Assembly (NCBI GenBank): GCA_963845535.1
Contig: CAWJSK010000013.1
Location: forward strand, 32,001 to 96,000
Reading direction: 5' to 3'
Origin: an uncultured Spirochaetota bacterium
GTDB lineage: Bacteria > Spirochaetota > Spirochaetia > SZUA-6 > Fen-1364
Length of the DNA: 64,000 nt
Within the stretch, counting starts at the first letter, position 1; every line of letters starts with the position of its first letter. This document shows, in pieces, positions 8,365 through 18,917 of the stretch. Both the position numbers and the translations under genes were made by a program. The notes beneath the pieces are model-generated. The model was not told where the DNA came from, ran no database searches, and saw nothing but the letters and a program-made list of their open reading frames with translations.

Positions 8365-9651
8365 GAGTTCGCGAGAAAATAACTGGAACATGTTTGATGT
8401 GTGTGCTATATTCCGGGTGTGACACGACTCCAGATGATCCGCAGGAAGTATAGGACCCTGAAGGCGTCGCTCAACGAACGCGGCCGCCGGATTTGGGCTG
8501 TCACGGAAGCTCAATCGCTGGGATATGGAGGCGCCTCGCTGGTCGCTCGGGCCACTGGTATCTCGCGGAGTACGATTATCCGAGGGTCACAGGAGATCCG
8601 AGAGAAGACGAGCGCCGATAGGGGTCGTGTCCGGCGGACTGGTGGCGGGCGCAAGAAAGCCACCGCGATCGACGCGAAGTTGCGAGCTGCCTTGGAGCGA
8701 CTGGTGGACCCGGTGAGCCGGGGGATCCAGAGTCCGCACTAAGGTGGACATGCAAGAGCACGCGGCGCTTGGCCAGCGAATTGACGGCGCAGGGTCATGC
8801 AGGTAGTGAATGGCTGGTGCGACAGCTGCTCTATGAGTTGCACTACAGCCTCCAGGCAAACCGCAAGACCAAGGAGGGAGGCCGACATCCGGATCGGGAC
8901 GCACAGTTTCGGCACATCAACGCTGGGGTGAGCCGGCAGGTGGGACTCCGGCAACCGGCGATCTCGGTGGACGCGAAGAAAAAGGAATTGGTGGGGAACT
9001 TCAAGAACGGTGGGCGAGAGTGGCGTCCTCGGGGGAGTCCGCACCAGGTCAAAGTCCACGATTTCATCGACAAGACCAAGGGGAAGGTCATTCCCTACGG
9101 CGTGTATGATCTACGGCTGAATCGAGGCTGGGTGTCGGTGGGGATCGACCACGAGACGGCATCCTTCGCGGTGAACACAATCTTGCACTGGTGGAGGAAG
9201 ATGGGATCAAGGGAGTATCCGCGGGCCAGATCACTGTTGATCGTCGCCGACAGCGGTGGGAGCAACGGCAATCGAGTCCGGCTGTGGAAGTGGGAGCTCC
9301 AGCGGCTTGCCGATGTAACGGGCCTGATCGTTCGCGTCTGTCATCTGCCCCCGGGGACGAGCAAGTGGAACAAAATCGAACACCGACTGTTCTCGTTCAT
9401 CAGCCGCAATTGGCGGGGCCAGCCACTACTAACGCACGCGATGATCGTGGAACTGATTGCGAACACGCGAACCTCTACTGGCCTGAGTGTACGATGTATT
9501 CTGGATACCAAGCGCTATCCCAAGAAGATTCAGGTCAGCGACGAACAGCTCGCCGCCGTCCGTTTGAAACCCGATGATTTCCACGGGGAGTGGAACTACT
9601 CAATCCTGCCCCATCCCAAATGAGATGATGCAGTTATTTTCTCGCGAAGAC
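8365..9651 (+). mobile_element. ISAzo13-family insertion sequence, 1287 bp
   Basis: Terminal IRs GAGTTCGCGAGAAAATAACTG / CAGTTATTTTCTCGCGAAGAC; TTA direct repeats at 8362-8364 and 9652-9654. Confidence 0.9.
8419..9623 (+). CDS. ISAzo13-family DDE transposase; frameshift in the G-run near 8720
   Basis: LNERGRRIWA, ISVDAKKKELVGNFKN, ADSGGSNG, PPGTSKWNKIEHRLFS. One extra G restores SRGDPESALRWTCKS. Confidence 0.9.
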
Positions 9652-9654
9652 TTA

Positions 9655-9704
9655 GGTATGCAGCCGTGATATCGGATGTGCCTCAGAAGGGTTGCCCTCT
9701 TCAC
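9655..9704 (-). pseudogene. hicA: HicA N-terminus cut by the IS
   Basis: GTG 9704 MKRATLLRHIRYHGC overlaps the hicB stop and runs into the IS right end. Confidence 0.6.
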
Positions 9705-9931
9705 GAGAGGCTGACTACATCCTGAATGGCATCAGCCGGCAGGCCTCGTTCAGCATCCTCCCTGCGGTCTTGCAGAATGAGCGCGATTGCATCGGCAGGG
9801 TTTTTTTTACACTCCTCCAGGGTCTCACCCTGCCCGTTTGCACCAGGGATTTCAGGGCAGTAGCTGATGTACCACTTTCCGTCACGTTCGATTACCGCCG
9901 TGAACTCGTTGTGGAGAGTGTGCTTGGACAT
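9701..9931 (-). CDS. hicB: HicB antitoxin
   Basis: NEFTAVIERDGKWYISYCPEIPGANGQGET. Confidence 0.88.
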   Translation of the reverse strand: MSKHTLHNEFTAVIERDGKWYISYCPEIPGANGQGETLEECKKNPADAIALILQDRREDAERGLPADAIQDVVSLS

Positions 9932-10174
9932 GCAACTATCGTACCGCACGCATGTTTCCGGGACAAGAGGGATTGGCGCAAGTCGTCCATCATCGCGGCT
10001 TGATCTATGCAAACAAATGCCGCAGCTCGTCGAGTCCGGGCTGACACAGTACTGTCTCCGAGGAATCCGGGGCGATTCACGGGCTGGCAACAGGATGAAA
10101 GCCTGTCCCAGGTGGAGGCCTTCAAGACTGTATTACGAGGCGCTACGTGGATGGTTTTCTCTCTAGCTACTTTG

Positions 10175-10657
10175 CTACCGGCCTGACTGACTCTCGATAT
10201 CGCCAATCCAGCCTGGAATGTCGAACCTCTCCGGCAATGGGCCAACCAAGGTAGCTAGGTTCGTTTCAAGGCTATCAAGCTGCGCCGAGCCGATCTGCTG
10301 CGCCCACGTATCGCGCAACTCATCAAAGGTCGCCTCTCCTTGTCGCAAAACATCGAGACCAAGTGGGGTGACCTGAAGACGTTTGAGGCGGGCGTCGAGC
10401 GGGTCGACATCGCGGTTCACATATCCGCGCTCCTGTAACACTGTTATCGTTTTAGCTGCGGCCTGCTTTGACACCGAGAGGCGGCGTCCCAATTCTGAAG
10501 CGTTGTCCGCACCAGCAGTGATAGCCCGCATAGCAAACTCATGGACGGGACGAAAATCCTTGTAGCCTCGTCGAGCTAACTCGACTGTCGCGGAGTCCAC
10601 CATGGAGCGGAAGCCTCCAATCAGGAGCAGCGCAAGGTTCACGCCAGAATGATTCAT
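10175..10657 (-). CDS. MarR-family regulator
   Basis: ASELGRRLSVSKQAAAKTITVLQERGYV..DPLDARLK. Confidence 0.9.
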   Translation of the reverse strand: MNHSGVNLALLLIGGFRSMVDSATVELARRGYKDFRPVHEFAMRAITAGADNASELGRRLSVSKQAAAKTITVLQERGYVNRDVDPLDARLKRLQVTPLGLDVLRQGEATFDELRDTWAQQIGSAQLDSLETNLATLVGPLPERFDIPGWIGDIESQSGR

Positions 10658-10687
10658 CCGTCCAGAATAAGTCATAAGGCAAGAATT

Positions 10688-10761
10688 GACAACCCGATTG
10701 ACGAAAGACGTTGACAACGACAACCGAGTTGACTATATTCCAAATAGACAACCTGGTTGCC
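10688..10761. promoter_or_regulatory. Three imperfect palindromes GACAAC-N3-RTTGMC, candidate MarR operators
   Basis: 10688-10702, 10719-10733 and 10747-10761, between divergent marR and hydrolase genes. Confidence 0.65.
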
Positions 10762-10806
10762 TGTAACACTTAGAGACATGTGAATGTCAGCTCAAGGAGA
10801 AGCAGA

Positions 10807-11694
10807 ATGAATATCGTATCAACGGGTCTCACTCTACCGGGGATCACGCACCACAGCGAGGAAGTCAACGGAACCAGGCTCCATTATGTCGCGGCAGGTT
10901 CTTCCGGGTCGCCCATTTTGCTGGTGCATGGATTTCCTGAGAGCTGGTGGGCCTTTCATAAGCTCATTCCCATGCTCGCCGAAAGCCATCGCGTCTTCGC
11001 CGTAGACCTGCGCGGTTTCGGAGACTCAGATAACGAATCGGCCGTCTATGACAGCAAGGCTTCGTCGGAGGACTTGCATGCGCTTATTGGAAAACTCAAT
11101 GTTGGCCCGGTCCACGTCACTGGACAGGACATCAGTGGGGGAACGGTCTTCCGACTTGTGACCACGCATCCAGAAGACGTACGCAGCTTTACCGCGATCG
11201 AAATGGGCCTCGCTGGTTTCGGCCTTGAAGGAAAGGCAGATATTGCGCACGGCGGTTCCTGGCATATCGGCGTCCTTTCGGCTCCTGGCATCCCCGAGAT
11301 GCTACTCACGGGCCGGGAGCGTGAGTTCCTGGGGGACTGGGCTTTTCCAATTATGACCGCCGTGAAGGGCTCCATTACCACCCATGACGTTGCCGAATTC
11401 GTCCGCACCTATTCCCGCCCCAACGGCTGGCGCGGTGCCATCGGACTCTATCAGTCGATGCTACGGGAGGGGGCGGAGCTCAGGGAGCTTGCCAAGTACT
11501 ACCCACAAAGAGTACCCGTGCTGGCGGTCGGTGGCCGTGGAGGAGCTTTCACCGCCGGCACAATGACCCAGGCCATAGGCGCAGGTGTAAGCTCGGTACT
11601 ATTCGAGGGAGTCGGACACTACGTCGCCATGGAGGCCCCTGAAAAGTTGGCGAAGGCTGTTCTCAATTTTGTCGCTGGAGTCGACGCCCCTTAA
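10807..11694 (+). CDS. Alpha/beta hydrolase (epoxide hydrolase-like)
   Basis: [24 protein letters not shown] nucleophile elbow, GHY. Confidence 0.9.
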   Translation: MNIVSTGLTLPGITHHSEEVNGTRLHYVAAGSSGSPILLVHGFPESWWAFHKLIPMLAESHRVFAVDLRGFGDSDNESAVYDSKASSEDLHALIGKLNVGPVHVTGQDISGGTVFRLVTTHPEDVRSFTAIEMGLAGFGLEGKADIAHGGSWHIGVLSAPGIPEMLLTGREREFLGDWAFPIMTAVKGSITTHDVAEFVRTYSRPNGWRGAIGLYQSMLREGAELRELAKYYPQRVPVLAVGGRGGAFTAGTMTQAIGAGVSSVLFEGVGHYVAMEAPEKLAKAVLNFVAGVDAP

Positions 11695-11839
11695 CACTTC
11701 GGTGTCTGAATCTTGAGGTCGCCTGCAGCTACCAATTTCAGTGGCCAAAAGACCAGCTCGTGAATCGCCGCTAAGAGTCAGGCGAGCAGAAAGATCTTGA
11801 AGATCGTCGACCGCTCTCAAGGTCGTAACAAGGTATTGA

Positions 11840-11864
11840 ACGATAACGTCGATAGTGTTATCGT
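11840..11864. promoter_or_regulatory. Inverted repeat ACGATAAC-N9-GTTATCGT upstream of the AbiEi-like gene
   Basis: Perfect 8-bp arms just upstream of the start codon. Confidence 0.5.
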
Positions 11865-11877
11865 ACAAAAAGATGTT

Positions 11878-12870
11878 ATGAGGGTAGTCGATTTGAACGG
11901 TCTCCAGGCACGTCTCACGCGGCATTTCCGCGAAGTGCTCTCTATACGTATGGACACGCATAGTTGGCCTCTCGAAACCTCGCTGCCGGCGTTTCTCCGG
12001 GAGAACTATGCATTCTTGCAGGCAAAGGTCCTCGGGGTGCCGTGCCTGTTCCTTGTGGACCGGGCAGTGCACCCGCCAACGCCCGCTGCAATCAGGAAGC
12101 ACATCTTCGAGGTACAGAAGCAATGGCACTGGGAGGTAGTCTACGCGGCCGCGGGAATGGATAGCGCGCGCCGAAAGCAGCTTATCGATCAGAAGGTCCC
12201 TTTCGTAATGCCTGGAAACCAGATCTATCTGCCGATGCTCGGCATTGACCTACGGGAGCATTTCAAGAATGCCCGGGGAGCAGAGGAACGGTTGAGCCCT
12301 GCGGCGCAGGCTGCATTCCTCCACGCCCTGCAGCACCCGGACAAAGGCTTTCTTTCTCCCCAGGAAATGGCTGACTCCTTGGGCTACTCCAGCATGAGCA
12401 TGTCCAGGGCGTTTGACGAGCTGGAGAGTGCCGGCCTCGGTCGTGGTTCCACCGCCGGAAAGCGAAGGCTCATGGAGTTGGCTGGCGCGAAGAGTGATCT
12501 CTGGGAGAGGGCCTTGCCGTTGCTCCGTAGCCCCGTGGCCGAAAGCATGCCAGTGCCCAGGGACCTTTTGGACGGACCGGCAGCGGGGCTCACTGCGTTG
12601 GCGGCTTACACTAGACTCGCTGAGCCGCGCATGCCCGTCATCGCAGTCTCCACCGCAATGTGGCGGCCCATTCGGAACAAGCGCGCGCACGGGCAGATAG
12701 GGGGGACCGATGATCCGTTGGTTGAAGTGGAGGCGTGGATTTATCCACCGAAGGCGGTTGTGGACGGCCCGGTGGTTGACCGCCTCTCACTCTTTTTATC
12801 GCTCAGGGGAACCACGGATGAGCGCGTCGAAACCGCGTTGGGCGAGCTCCTTGCGGGCATGAAATGGTAA
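11878..12870 (+). CDS. AbiEi-like HTH antitoxin (type IV TA)
   Basis: RKQLIDQKVPFVMPGNQIYLPMLG; wHTH LGYSSMSMSRAFDEL; VDRLSLFLSL..DERVE. Coupled to the next gene. Confidence 0.7.
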   Translation: MRVVDLNGLQARLTRHFREVLSIRMDTHSWPLETSLPAFLRENYAFLQAKVLGVPCLFLVDRAVHPPTPAAIRKHIFEVQKQWHWEVVYAAAGMDSARRKQLIDQKVPFVMPGNQIYLPMLGIDLREHFKNARGAEERLSPAAQAAFLHALQHPDKGFLSPQEMADSLGYSSMSMSRAFDELESAGLGRGSTAGKRRLMELAGAKSDLWERALPLLRSPVAESMPVPRDLLDGPAAGLTALAAYTRLAEPRMPVIAVSTAMWRPIRNKRAHGQIGGTDDPLVEVEAWIYPPKAVVDGPVVDRLSLFLSLRGTTDERVETALGELLAGMKW

Positions 12871-13262
12871 GAGGCCTGGAGCGTTTCCGAGACGCCTTCG
12901 CCGCTCATGCGCATCAGTACGCATTGATCGGCGGGACCGCATGTGACCTCCTGCTGACGCGGGTGGAAGGCGTATCGGTTGTCGTCAAGGCACGCGCTTG
13001 GCTGGACCTCAAGGAACGCGAGGCCGCCGGGGACAGGATCGACAGCAAGGACATCCGCAAGCATCGCAATGACGTCGTCAGGCTCAATCAAATCATCGAT
13101 CCCGCGCCTCTGAGAGAAACACCGCCAGTTGTCGCCGCGGACATCAGAAGGTTTCCCACGATGGTGCGCGGCGAAACCATCGACCTGAAGAGCCTGGGGA
13201 TAGCGCGAACCTCACTTGACGAAGTGCTCACGCAGCTCGGGAATATCTACGGCGTTGAATAG
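12864..13262 (+). pseudogene. AbiEii-like nucleotidyltransferase, internally deleted
   Basis: N-terminal YALIGGTACDLL joins the C-terminal KARAWLDL..DIRKHRNDV. The expected TxDxD segment is missing; only 132 aa. Confidence 0.7.
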
Positions 13263-13551
13263 ATAACACATGGCTGCACTTGCAACGCGCTCGGCCCATT
13301 CCCGCCAAGGCATCCGGGCCCGTCCTGCCTGCCTCTGCTTGCGGGCACAAGCAGCATGACGGCGAAGCTGTATTCGTACCTGATGCCACGCCGCGGTTCG
13401 GACTCATGGCGCCACCGATCCTGGAAGCGCGAGGACCAAGACACCCGTATTTTATGAACGAGAACGCGAACTGCCGACCAATGACGCTCCCGTCGGATGC
13501 GTGACTTGAATGCTACCAAATATCCTTGGTATAGTGAAAGGGTGATCAGAA

Positions 13552-13731
13552 ATGCCTCTCAGCGGAGAAACAATGCTGCGGCTGTACAGGAAGGCAGGAT
13601 GGATCGTGCTCAAAAGAAGGGGGTCGCACGTGAAGGTCGGCAAAGGGAACCTCAGGGAGACCATTCCGATGCACGAGGAGCTCGGCCGCGGCCTCGAACG
13701 AAAGCTCTTGAAGCGGCTTGAGCAATCATGA
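13552..13731 (+). CDS. hicA: HicA toxin, 59 aa, not in the ORF track
   Basis: MPLSGETMLRLYRKAGWIVLKRRGSHVKVGKGNLRETIPMHEELGRGLERKLLKRLEQS. Confidence 0.88.
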   Translation: MPLSGETMLRLYRKAGWIVLKRRGSHVKVGKGNLRETIPMHEELGRGLERKLLKRLEQS

Positions 13732-13750
13732 GCAGAAGAGGTACTGCGCT

Positions 13751-14206
13751 GTGACATATCATTTCCGGATACATTCAGGGACGCCGTCATGGGCAGAATG
13801 CATCGAGCTTGAAGGATGTATGACCCAGGGACGGAATCGCGCTGAGCTTGAAAAGAACATGCGGGAGGCCTTGAACCTTTACCTGGAGGAACCGGAATCA
13901 TCCAAGGTAGTGTTCCCTCCACCCGCTCGGGCACGCGCGAATCGCAACGTCGTCGGGGTGGAGGTTGATCCTGCGGTGGCGTTCGCCGTACGGATCAGGC
14001 AATCCCGGGTCAGAAACCACTTGACGCAGAGAGAGGCAGCTCGACGGCTCGGCATGCGGAGCATCTATAGCTATCAACGCCTGGAGAGACGCGCAAACCC
14101 CTCGCTTCGCATGATCAAGAAGGTCACCACCTTGTTCCCAGACCTGTCGCTGGATGAGGTGCTCGGAAGAACAGAGCGGCTCCACCAGGTGGGCGGCGAC
14201 AGGTAG
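13751..14206 (+). CDS. hicB: HicB antitoxin with C-terminal XRE HTH
   Basis: WAECIELEGCMTQG..EALNLYL, then LTQREAARRLG..YQRLE. Confidence 0.88.
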   Translation: MTYHFRIHSGTPSWAECIELEGCMTQGRNRAELEKNMREALNLYLEEPESSKVVFPPPARARANRNVVGVEVDPAVAFAVRIRQSRVRNHLTQREAARRLGMRSIYSYQRLERRANPSLRMIKKVTTLFPDLSLDEVLGRTERLHQVGGDR

Positions 14207-14225
14207 ATCATCACAGCTCTTTTTC

Positions 14226-14310
14226 TCGCTGCTCACCTCCCACGTGAGGGATGCGTAGGGCGCGGCGGGGCGCCGACGAGCGAAGCCCTGAGGCGGTCCA
14301 AGCGAAACGA
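14226..14310 (+). repeat. Structured repeat, copy C (5' half)
   Basis: TCGCTGCTCACCTCCCACGTGAGGG...GCCCTGAGGCGGT, shared with copies B and G. Confidence 0.65.
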
Positions 14311-14346
14311 GTGTTTCGCCGACTGCATGGGCACCATCGTGACGTC

Positions 14347-14422
14347 ACGCCGACTTTATGCCGCTTCTATGGCATAGTGATCCAAATGTGCTACAACGAT
14401 CATGACCCGCCGCACTTCCACG
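14347..14422 (+). pseudogene. DUF4160-family N-terminal fragment
   Basis: (T)PTLCRFYGIVIQMCYNDHDPPHFH, then truncated. Confidence 0.7.
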
Positions 14423-14751
14423 ATAGGAGAAAGGACCGTGCCGTCTCATAAGGGGGTGTTCTTTGGTTCCTGACCCCCTCCGGCACGCCGTCCGACAAAA
14501 GTGGGGCGCGGATGACTATCGCAAGCGGCGCGGCTTTGCCATCCGTGTCTTTCTATGTGACGCTTGACCTGGAAGTCAATATGACCGCGGCAGTCATCTG
14601 GCAGTCATCTGACACGGTGGCGTGCCCCAATCTTGCCGTATTCCTCTCCTGGTGAGCCAAGTTGAAGAAGTGGTCGAATTTTTACAAGACGACTCCTCCG
14701 AGGCTCCGCTATTTTCGATCCTGGAATCAATGCGAGGAGCAAAAGGAGTCA

Positions 14752-15751
14752 ATGATGAGAATAGTTCGCTTCCATGAGTTCGGCGGACCGGAGGTTCTGA
14801 AGTTCGAGGAGGTTGCGACACCGGATCCGAAGGATGGCGAAGTCCTGATCAGGACCGAGGCCATTGGAGTCAACTTTACGGATATCGCCCGACGGAAAAA
14901 CTCCGCGACACTGCGTGAGAGGTTGGCACTTCCCTACACTCCAGGAGTCGAGGCGGTTGGCACCGTGGTCGGAACCGGCGCTGGTTCCGCTCCGGTTTCT
15001 ATCGGAACAAAGGTGATTGCGATCGTCCAGGACGGAGCCTATTCAGAGTATCTGACTGTTCCCGCCGCTAGGGCCATACCCGGTCCCACCCGGACTCGAT
15101 TCGGCGCAGGCGGTAGCTCTGCCGGTGCAGGGGCTCACGGCCTACCTCGTGCTCGCGACCTTCGGCCGCCTTCAACCGGGTGAGCGCGTGCTGATTCAAG
15201 CGGCTGCAGGAGGGGTCGGTTCCATGGCAGTTCAACTCGCAAAGATTCTTGGAGCGGGACAGGTCATCGCCGCAGCCGGAACGTCGGCAAAGTTGGACCT
15301 TGCGCGCTCCCTGGGAGCTGACGCTGGAGTGAACTACGGAGAGTCGGGATGGATAGAGCAGGTCCTGAAAGTGACCGGAGGAAAGGGAGTCGACCTGGCA
15401 CTCGACATGTTGGGGGGATCGAGATTCTCGGAGACCTTTGCGTATTTGGCCCCGTTCGGACGCATCGTGACCTACGGTGCCGCGGCCGGCGAGCGGGCAG
15501 CCATTGACCCGGAGAAGCTGACCTCTCGCTGTCACAGCGTCATCGGATTCTATTCGGGGCATGTCGTTGGAACGCACCCCGAGCTTGTGTTCCCTGCCCT
15601 GACGAAGCTCTTTCAGCTCGCGACAACCGGAAGCCTGAGGCCGCAGGTCCACCACCGCTTCCCTCTGGAAGCCGCGTCGGAAGCTCATCGGCTGATGGAA
15701 ACCCGGCGAACGACCGGCAAGGTTGTTCTTTTCCCCGCTGGAGGGCAGTAA
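14752..15751 (+). CDS. NADPH:quinone oxidoreductase (MDR family); frameshift near 15085
   Basis: FHEFGGPEVL, IGVNFTD, PYTPGVEAVG; second frame LIQAAAGGVGS..TTGKVVL. Confidence 0.88.
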
Positions 15752-15770
15752 ATTGAGGGGGGAATAGTTC

Positions 15771-16583
15771 ATGGAGCTCACGGTGCTGCAACCCATCCCT
15801 CTGCTCGCCGAGTACATCCACCACTTTTGGGCAATACGGGCTCCCGCTTCTGGACGCCCGCGAAGCGTTCGTCTGCCAGCCGACGCTCGAGGTACTCTCC
15901 TCTTGAGCTTCGCGGGCAATACGCGTTTCAGCGGCGCTGGGAATGGGGTTTACCGTCTGGGCGTCGGCGCCGGCATCCTCGGCGCGCGAGCTCGGGGAAG
16001 CATTCTCGAACACGACGGGAAGACAGAGGTGATAGCAGCTCAATTTCGGCCCGGGGGAATGGCGGCGTTTTTCGATTGCAATATCCGGGAGCTCTACGGC
16101 GTCACAACGCCGTTGGAAGCGCTCTGGGGCAGGCAAGCAGATCGGCTGCTCGATCAGGTGGAAGAAGCGCGAACATCCCGAGAAAAGATAGGCGTCTATC
16201 AGGAAGCGCTCAGGGCGCGGGTCAAGGAAGTCCGGGATCGCCGCCGTATCTCGGCGGCGGTAGAGCTGATGGACTCAGCCGACCAGAGCGTCCCGATTGC
16301 CTGGTTTGCATCGCAGGCGTGTTTGACGCAGAAGCACTTTGGACGTCTCTTCGAACGAATCGTGGGAACCACGCCCAAGACCTATCGCCGTCTTGCGCGA
16401 TTTCAAAGAACAGTCACCTGGCTTTCCCGTCATGGAAAGCCCGAGACTTGGACGGCGCTTGCCATTCAATTCAGATACTATGATCACTCGCACATGGTGA
16501 AGGATTTTCAAGCTTTTGCCGGTACCACTCCGCGGGAGTTCGTGGCCGCGACTGCAGGAATCACGGGAGCAGTCTACCCATAG
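15771..16583 (+). CDS. AraC-family regulator
   Basis: LFERIVGTTPKTYRRLARF..YYDHSHMVKDFQAFAGTTP. Confidence 0.9.
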   Translation: MELTVLQPIPLLAEYIHHFWAIRAPASGRPRSVRLPADARGTLLLSFAGNTRFSGAGNGVYRLGVGAGILGARARGSILEHDGKTEVIAAQFRPGGMAAFFDCNIRELYGVTTPLEALWGRQADRLLDQVEEARTSREKIGVYQEALRARVKEVRDRRRISAAVELMDSADQSVPIAWFASQACLTQKHFGRLFERIVGTTPKTYRRLARFQRTVTWLSRHGKPETWTALAIQFRYYDHSHMVKDFQAFAGTTPREFVAATAGITGAVYP

Positions 16584-16721
16584 ACTCTCTTTAAGCACGT
16601 CGCCGACAAGGGGACACTTCAAGAAAAGGGAATTTCCTTGCCAGATCAAAAAGTGTGCACCCCCAGGTCGCACTTTCTGCGTTTTCTACAATGCCGTGGG
16701 GGCCCTTATACGATTGTCTAC

Positions 16722-16914
16722 CGCTTCTCACCAACCGCGTGAGGGGGCGCAGCGGAAACGCCCCAGGGCGGTAGCTGGCTGCGAAGCAGCCAGCGAGAGC
16801 CCAGAAGGCGTTGCAGCGGAGCACCCGACCCACACGCCGGGGGAGAGGCCGTGCGCGCACCCTGGAGGCGCAGCACCGGCGAGCACCCAGCCTCTCGTGC
16901 GGGGCACGCCCAGC
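16722..16914 (+). repeat. Structured repeat, copy D (Flavo-1-like, complete)
   Basis: GCGTGAGGGGGCGCAGCGGAAACGCC..GCTGGCTGCGAAGCAGCCAGC hairpin..GCGGAGCACCCGACCC..GGGGCACGCCCAGC. Confidence 0.8.
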
Positions 16915-17064
16915 AGGGCTTGCGTGTCGATTTTCCCTTGGTTGTTCGACCACCCAATGGCAGCGCCCAGGAGTCAAGCAGGGTGCATTTGCCGGGTTCT
17001 GGCCGTACGCCGACGGCAGCATCGCGAAACTGTTCAACGACTGCTCGCCGAAGATCTGGTCGAT

Positions 17065-17800
17065 GCGATGAGCATTTTTTTGCCGTCCGCAGACAGCTTC
17101 TTGCCGCCGCCCAGAACCACTGGCACGGTGAGGCAGTCGGGTACACCGCCTCAGTCAGGGGGTAGGCGCGGGATCACGTGGCTGGTCTTGGCCCTGCTCG
17201 CAGCGCGGCGCCTTCACCGGGCACGACTGGTCGGGGACAGGGCTGCCTTCCGCCACCAAGTCGTGTTTCTCTTCTGCTACCTTGGGTCGGCTGCCGTCAT
17301 TATGGCGGGCTGGGTCCTGCGCAATGAACGCCTTGACACCATGGGGTGCCTGACAACGGGGATAGTTATCGTATGCTATGCACTGTCGCGAACAGCGCCC
17401 CTTTTCTTCGCTCAGAACCGGCGCTTTCTTCGTTTTGGACGGAAAAAGCCCCCTTGGGACGCGTCAGCCCCGGAGCTCACTGCACGGCTCTCGCGTCTCA
17501 TGGAGCAGGAGGCGCCCTACCGGGACGAGACGCTCACTCTGCATCGGCTTGCGGGCATGCTGGGAGAAGAGTCGAAGCGTCTCTCCTACCATCTGAACGT
17601 GAATCTTTCCAACACGTTTAGGGGCTACATCAACGAGCTTCGCCCGATTGCCGTCTGTGGAGATCTCCTTGGGAACCCGCGCCGCGCCATCCTGGACATC
17701 GCGTTTTCCAACGGCTTCAATTCCAAGAGCAGCTTCAGTGCGCTGTTTGTCAGGAAGTACGGACAGACCTCGAAGGAGTACCGCCAAAAACACCTGGAAC
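17065..17800 (+). pseudogene. Membrane-anchored AraC regulator remnant
   Basis: TM-like stretches, then LMEQEAPYRDETLTL..ILDIAFSNGFNSKSSF. No clean start or stop. Confidence 0.65.
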
Positions 17801-18013
17801 ACCCAGATGGCACGACGCGGTTGAGCCTCGAGAACCCAAGGGAGGTGCTGACTCCACGACCGGAGTCGGCGGGGGAAGGGGAGAGAAATGTGGCAACCGC
17901 GGCACGGCTGTTCTTCCGCCAGAAGCTACTATATTCTAGGGTAACGAACGTGGTTGCCGTCCCGACGCAGCAAAGGTTTCAATCAGCGGTAGGACATAAG
18001 ATTTGGGCTTGCT

Positions 18014-18826
18014 TTAAAGGTCATTTACCGCCGTCACGATGGCATCGCACACCACGGAGTACAGCCGGGAGGAAAGCTCCTCATACTCTTTCTCAATGCC
18101 GTGATCTGAGCTGCCCCAATCATTCCACGAACCCATTGCACCGAATACCCAGCCGGCGTCCGCGGCTTTCAGCAGCGCTTCGTGTTTTCCATCAAGGTAG
18201 CCGCGCGGGCATACTTCCACGGAGTAGGGGGATGGAGAGGGTTGCCTGCCGTCCAAGATGTCAAGCGCGCTTTGAAAACAGTCGGAGAAGTCCCCATCAC
18301 GATGACGTCTTGAGAAGTCCAGGATCTCCCTGAGCGCAGTTTCCAACTTCTCCCGCGTCTGCAGACCGTCAAGGAAGGAATAGTCGATGGGAGCTGCGGA
18401 ATCAGCGATCCTGCCGTACGAGACCTTCCAGATCTTCTGCTCGGGATCCTCCCGGTTCCCCACTTCCCACTTTGATGCCCACAGATTCGACGTTGATTCT
18501 CTTCTCTCCTCGATGAGCCAGCTTCCGCCTCCTCCGACAAATCCCGAGCTTTGATAGTCCTTGATGAAGCTCTGGTCCTGGCTGTGTTGATAGAGAAGAT
18601 TGAGCCGAGCGCAGCCTTCCGCGCCTCTGGATGACATCCATTCACCCAGCGAGCTTCCAAGCGGTTCCCACGTCTGCTTGAATGATTGCTTTTTTTGAAC
18701 CATGAGAACCACGCTCTCCACGTACCTGAACGTTTCGGTGGCCATGATGTCGACCGGCTCCCCGTGCCGGATTGAGTGATTTGTGTGTGTAACGATTGCA
18801 CAGAGCTGGGCAACTTCGCCGGTCAT
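18014..18826 (-). CDS. Hypothetical protein (WVFGAMGSWND motif)
   Basis: 270-aa ORF with RBS and protein-like composition. Confidence 0.75.
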   Translation of the reverse strand: MTGEVAQLCAIVTHTNHSIRHGEPVDIMATETFRYVESVVLMVQKKQSFKQTWEPLGSSLGEWMSSRGAEGCARLNLLYQHSQDQSFIKDYQSSGFVGGGGSWLIEERRESTSNLWASKWEVGNREDPEQKIWKVSYGRIADSAAPIDYSFLDGLQTREKLETALREILDFSRRHRDGDFSDCFQSALDILDGRQPSPSPYSVEVCPRGYLDGKHEALLKAADAGWVFGAMGSWNDWGSSDHGIEKEYEELSSRLYSVVCDAIVTAVNDL

Positions 18827-18917
18827 CAATTTCCCCTTTTTGGTGAGGCGAGTCCTTTGGCCAATTCGACCCACTTGGACGGCTCCCTTTTCGCCTTCAG
18901 GTCCCGGATTTTCAACG

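Noticed and set aside
16516..18333. 605-aa ORF as a single gene
   Set aside because: It reads through repeat D, an AraC remnant and the antisense strand of 18014-18826; it is a chance open frame.
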